IMG/VR virus record: IMGVR_UViG_3300031555_004710
Span: 172,672 to 236,671 of that record
DNA length: 64,000 nt
Origin: a virus
Lineage: Duplodnaviria; Caudoviricetes
Strand: one strand, 5' to 3'
A model generated the notes under the pieces. It searched no databases. It saw only the letters and a list, made by a program, of their open reading frames with translations, and was not told where the DNA came from. Positions 61,801 through 64,000 of the stretch are shown here, piece after piece (the stretch's first letter is position 1; the number at the start of each line of letters is the position of its first letter). The translations under genes were made by a program, and so were the position numbers.

Positions 61801-62183
61801 CTAATATCTGAACCATCATATGTTCTATAGAAAATTGTATTAAGTTTCTTTTCACCATATGTATCTAAGATATGCTTGAAAAGTAACTGAAAGTTTATTC
61901 TCTGAATTGAGATAATATTCTTTTTCTTATCTACAACTACTGGTTTCAAAGTAAAGAATATTTGAGCAGTTTCTGGAGCCTTTCCAAATAAGTTCTGAGG
62001 CTCTACTAACATATCTTTGAAACTAGTTAGCTCAGTATATTTAGTCTTTTCATCCACTTTACCGAATGAAAAAATATTTTTCACAAAATCTGTAAGGAAT
62101 GATTCTGTTGCAATTTCATCCACATCGTATCTAAGAGGTGGAATATCAAAATTGTAGTTGGACATCATCTCACATCCTTTCAT
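58866..62183 (-). CDS. SNF2-family helicase fused to P-loop kinase-like and transglutaminase-like domains
   Basis: DQGLGKT, DEGH, SGTP, FSQF, GTGVTL, Q..DRIYRIGQ; then GLSGSGK; then GSCHDQ...THSF...WFE. Confidence 0.85.
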   Translation of the reverse strand: MKGCEMMSNYNFDIPPLRYDVDEIATESFLTDFVKNIFSFGKVDEKTKYTELTSFKDMLVEPQNLFGKAPETAQIFFTLKPVVVDKKKNIISIQRINFQLLFKHILDTYGEKKLNTIFYRTYDGSDIRKFNRKKIKRGDMKITSLITPMFFALELAILFSQLYKKYRLKSYRLIATTIYNDSWLHEADNKTPGRVDINYAKSLLNPKYQLKPYQEEFIEAYPKWRAKLNLRGVYNAFDQGLGKTLTAMSLAMALHIDKIYVVCPNTLVPNWYNEVLDYYDGKIKPFDCKGTNPDKDTRVFITNNESIKNILPYIDNTCRTMLIVDEGHNFRNLNSSRVKELLDLRKRLKPIHVLPMSGTPLKASPNELVPAFLLLDPLFTPEAADIYNRCFNFDNYQAMEIITARLGKVIYRKMKSDVLTLPNKTIEDMRIKINNPDDYLLANVRKAVMEEYDRVFPSVIDKNISILKDFQTWVNKYSTAGQLATRWYINKICQAADTNTDYSIEQLHELDAEKVTTFLSTYVFSNPSFPSKMEKTILEWESKLIHFDKVAMGKAIGKIYPPRRTELFNTLWDENESFFLDMINNNIKKTVIFSQFYGVITHIKNRLEMNGINTVTINGKVSNAVRAKNLRDFKHDDDIRVIIATSQSMGTGVTLTEASQMLFFGPPWRSTDYDQCCDRIYRIGQDEDVFIYNVILDTPQLNLSSKMDKILKWSAEMFHSAIDSTVVTEDATESYIDMNNDIEALEGFLFNETPLFLNYDKWLNGENKVLYITGLSGSGKGYQAKKIADKIDNCVIFELDKFENYMWFLDNSDKEHPAVAKGDKIIFNYLDSKYDLTNDIFDNNVEKYKLMMKEFYSFLLDYIEKHPENHYIMEGIQLYCDDAFESINNNDSVIILRTSMVKSMQRVMNRNHCEIRNHLHTFINFKERLVEFEKRLNVGKVSIATEGFSKDNKFTTPEELSEWMKSNIRYSPFVRLKNPMNILIDKRGSCHDQTVFARFFLMQMGIRANAMFFIESNSLGQGGITHSFVYYKKDDKYYWFENAWSPKTGIHEYDSLKAIHDDIKNMHKNGEWGNYKKYPIVEFKSFIYQINDTLQMMINRMFRPM

Positions 62184-62296
62184 TTTATTTACATTAAGCT
62201 TTATATAAATTGTCCATTGGTGTTATATAATTATCGTATTGGTAAACTATTGTAGTCATATATTATCTAGGTATAAATAAAGAAAAGGAGATTAAT

Positions 62297-62659
62297 ATGA
62301 AAAGTGAAAAGCATTCACAAAGATATTTAGATATTTTAGTAGCATATTCAAATGGAGTTTATAAATTGGCAATGAGTAGACTTCCAGAAGGTATTATAGT
62401 TTTAACAAAAGACAAAAATGGTGATGATACTCTATCAGATGAATTGGTAGAAGAACTTACAAATATTTTATCTGAAGATGTTGATGCTGGTAAAATATCA
62501 ATGTATGAAATGGCATGTATTGCATTATTTCTAGGAGAGCATATATTTGAAATTAATAAGAATCTTAACGAGAATACTATTGAAGGTAAGATATTTGAAA
62601 AACTAATAGAAAATGTGGAGGATAGAAAAATTACATTTCTATTAAATGAGAAAGAATAG
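62297..62659 (+). CDS. Hypothetical protein (putative early)
   Basis: AAGGAG RBS; TATATTAT motif at 62259. Confidence 0.7.
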   Translation: MKSEKHSQRYLDILVAYSNGVYKLAMSRLPEGIIVLTKDKNGDDTLSDELVEELTNILSEDVDAGKISMYEMACIALFLGEHIFEINKNLNENTIEGKIFEKLIENVEDRKITFLLNEKE

Positions 62660-62704
62660 GTAAATTAAATAAAGAAGAGTACATAACGTACTCTTCTTTA
62701 TTTT

Positions 62705-63814
62705 TTATATTGCATCATGTATAGTGTGAATAATCATCTTATCATGAGTTACAAAGCAAGTAAGTATTTCATTAGAAAGGTTTATTGAAGACCTGAGCAT
62801 CTCGATAAAACCGTTGTCTTTAGTAATATTTTGAATAATATTTTTATATGCTGGATTATTTTCTGCACCATTATTCATATCTCTTACCATTTTTTCAAGA
62901 TATTCTATTGTTTGAGTGGCTTGTTTTACAAGAATTTCAAATCCCCTACCAATATCAGAGCTCCATTCAAGATATCCTCCATTTTCTTTAACTTTAGGCA
63001 AATAAGAAAATTTTAATGATTTATATAAGTAACTCCAGTTACCAGAAGCCATTGTTGGAAGGTCTGAATCCCTCTTATCTATAAAGGTATCCTCATATGA
63101 TCCATCTTTACTTTCATGTAAAGATTTTCGATCGGCTCCATCAAATTTTTTAGCTTCTGCAACTAACTTTGGTAAAACTGTATATGCTTTATTAATTTGC
63201 TGAGTTACATGACTTATGAATGTAAGACAAGTTTTTCTAAACTTAGCATAAGTAGATTCAGTATTAGCATTCTTTTTAATGCTTTCAATCTTTTCTTTAT
63301 TCGCAGCAATTTCTTTCTTCAAATCAGCAATTAGTTTAGTAGCTTTTTCTTTCTTTTCAGACAGTTTAGAATTATCTTTTTTCAATGAATCATTTTCTTT
63401 ATTAGCAGAGTATAATTCTTCATTTCTTTGACGTAATTCTTTTAAATTTCTTTCACCATCTTTAGCAGCTCTATCAGATCTTTCTTTATACGCTTCTTCC
63501 CACATTATTGTGGTATCTTTCTGATTCTTTAATGCTCTTTCAAGCATCTGAATTTTATTAGCTTTCTCTCTATTTTCCATATCCAATCTTTCAATTAAAT
63601 CGTTTTTAGATTCTTTCTTATTACCATTCTTTCTAGAAGCTAATTGTCTAAGTTTATTAACCATTCCTTGTAATACTCTCTTTATAGCTTGAATAATTGA
63701 TAATAAAACTTTACCAACAAATTTGCCAGCTTTCTTTATAGCTTCACCAAATCCTTCTTCAGCTATATCGTATATAATGTAGCTTTCAAGAACATCAGCA
63801 TAGTTAGATGCCAT
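62705..63814 (-). CDS. Putative inner-head coiled-coil protein with shared leader
   Basis: Leader identical to 53295..53888; long coiled coil. Confidence 0.7.
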   Translation of the reverse strand: MASNYADVLESYIIYDIAEEGFGEAIKKAGKFVGKVLLSIIQAIKRVLQGMVNKLRQLASRKNGNKKESKNDLIERLDMENREKANKIQMLERALKNQKDTTIMWEEAYKERSDRAAKDGERNLKELRQRNEELYSANKENDSLKKDNSKLSEKKEKATKLIADLKKEIAANKEKIESIKKNANTESTYAKFRKTCLTFISHVTQQINKAYTVLPKLVAEAKKFDGADRKSLHESKDGSYEDTFIDKRDSDLPTMASGNWSYLYKSLKFSYLPKVKENGGYLEWSSDIGRGFEILVKQATQTIEYLEKMVRDMNNGAENNPAYKNIIQNITKDNGFIEMLRSSINLSNEILTCFVTHDKMIIHTIHDAI

Positions 63815-63833
63815 ATTATATCATCCTTTCATT
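63726..63833 (-). repeat. 108-bp repeat copy 2 (RBS plus leader)
   Basis: Matches 53800-53907 with 2 mismatches. Confidence 0.9.
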
Positions 63834-63980
63834 AAAATAAATAATGGGGGGGGGGGGCAATTTTGTATCCCCTAACCCACCAAATATATGTATTAAGTAT
63901 TTAATGAATTTGTTGAAAGTAATTCATTTTATAGTCATATATTATTATATTGATAAATAATAAAAAGGAGTTGTTAATTT

Positions 63981-64000
63981 ATGACAAACAAAAGCTATCA
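63981..64000 (+). CDS. Start of a gene truncated by the window edge
   Basis: Promoter motif 63938-63952, AAAAGGAG RBS, ATG ACA AAC... Confidence 0.6.

Noticed and set aside
1-64000. Stop-codon recoding
   Set aside because: Long conserved genes are intact in code 11, TAA, TAG and TGA all end genes, and both tRNAs have sense anticodons

Overview
AT-rich segment of a phiKZ/AR9(PBS1)-type jumbo phage, probably infecting a Firmicute (strong AAGGAG/GAGGTG ribosome-binding sites, standard genetic code). It encodes two different multisubunit RNA polymerase beta'-like subunits. One is a putative non-virion subunit whose catalytic NADFDGD motif is split by an ORF-less group I intron; the other is a 977-aa putative virion subunit. 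Also present are a family-B DNA polymerase split into two genes 46 kb apart, a primase, a 5'-3' nuclease, an SNF2 helicase fusion, ThyX, a free-standing HNH endonuclease, two membrane-anchored peptidoglycan hydrolases, many virion/head proteins with A/S/G-x-E protease sites, two tRNAs and an array of small accessory genes. Two promoter classes can be read from the sequence: T(A/G)TATT(A/T)T-N5-TG (putative early) and AACA-N6/7-TA (putative late). Most unusual signals: (1) two promoter-driven, end-paired, highly structured non-coding RNAs of about 830 nt (46863-47691) and 364 nt (29791-30154); (2) a ~110-nt late sRNA candidate with an anti-Shine-Dalgarno seed matching the RBS of the operon carrying the RNAP subunit; (3) a helicase-kinase-transglutaminase 'polyprotein' punctuated by head-protease sites; (4) a duplicated 108-bp leader cassette fused to different cargo proteins. 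All family assignments come from reading motifs by eye; no searches were run.
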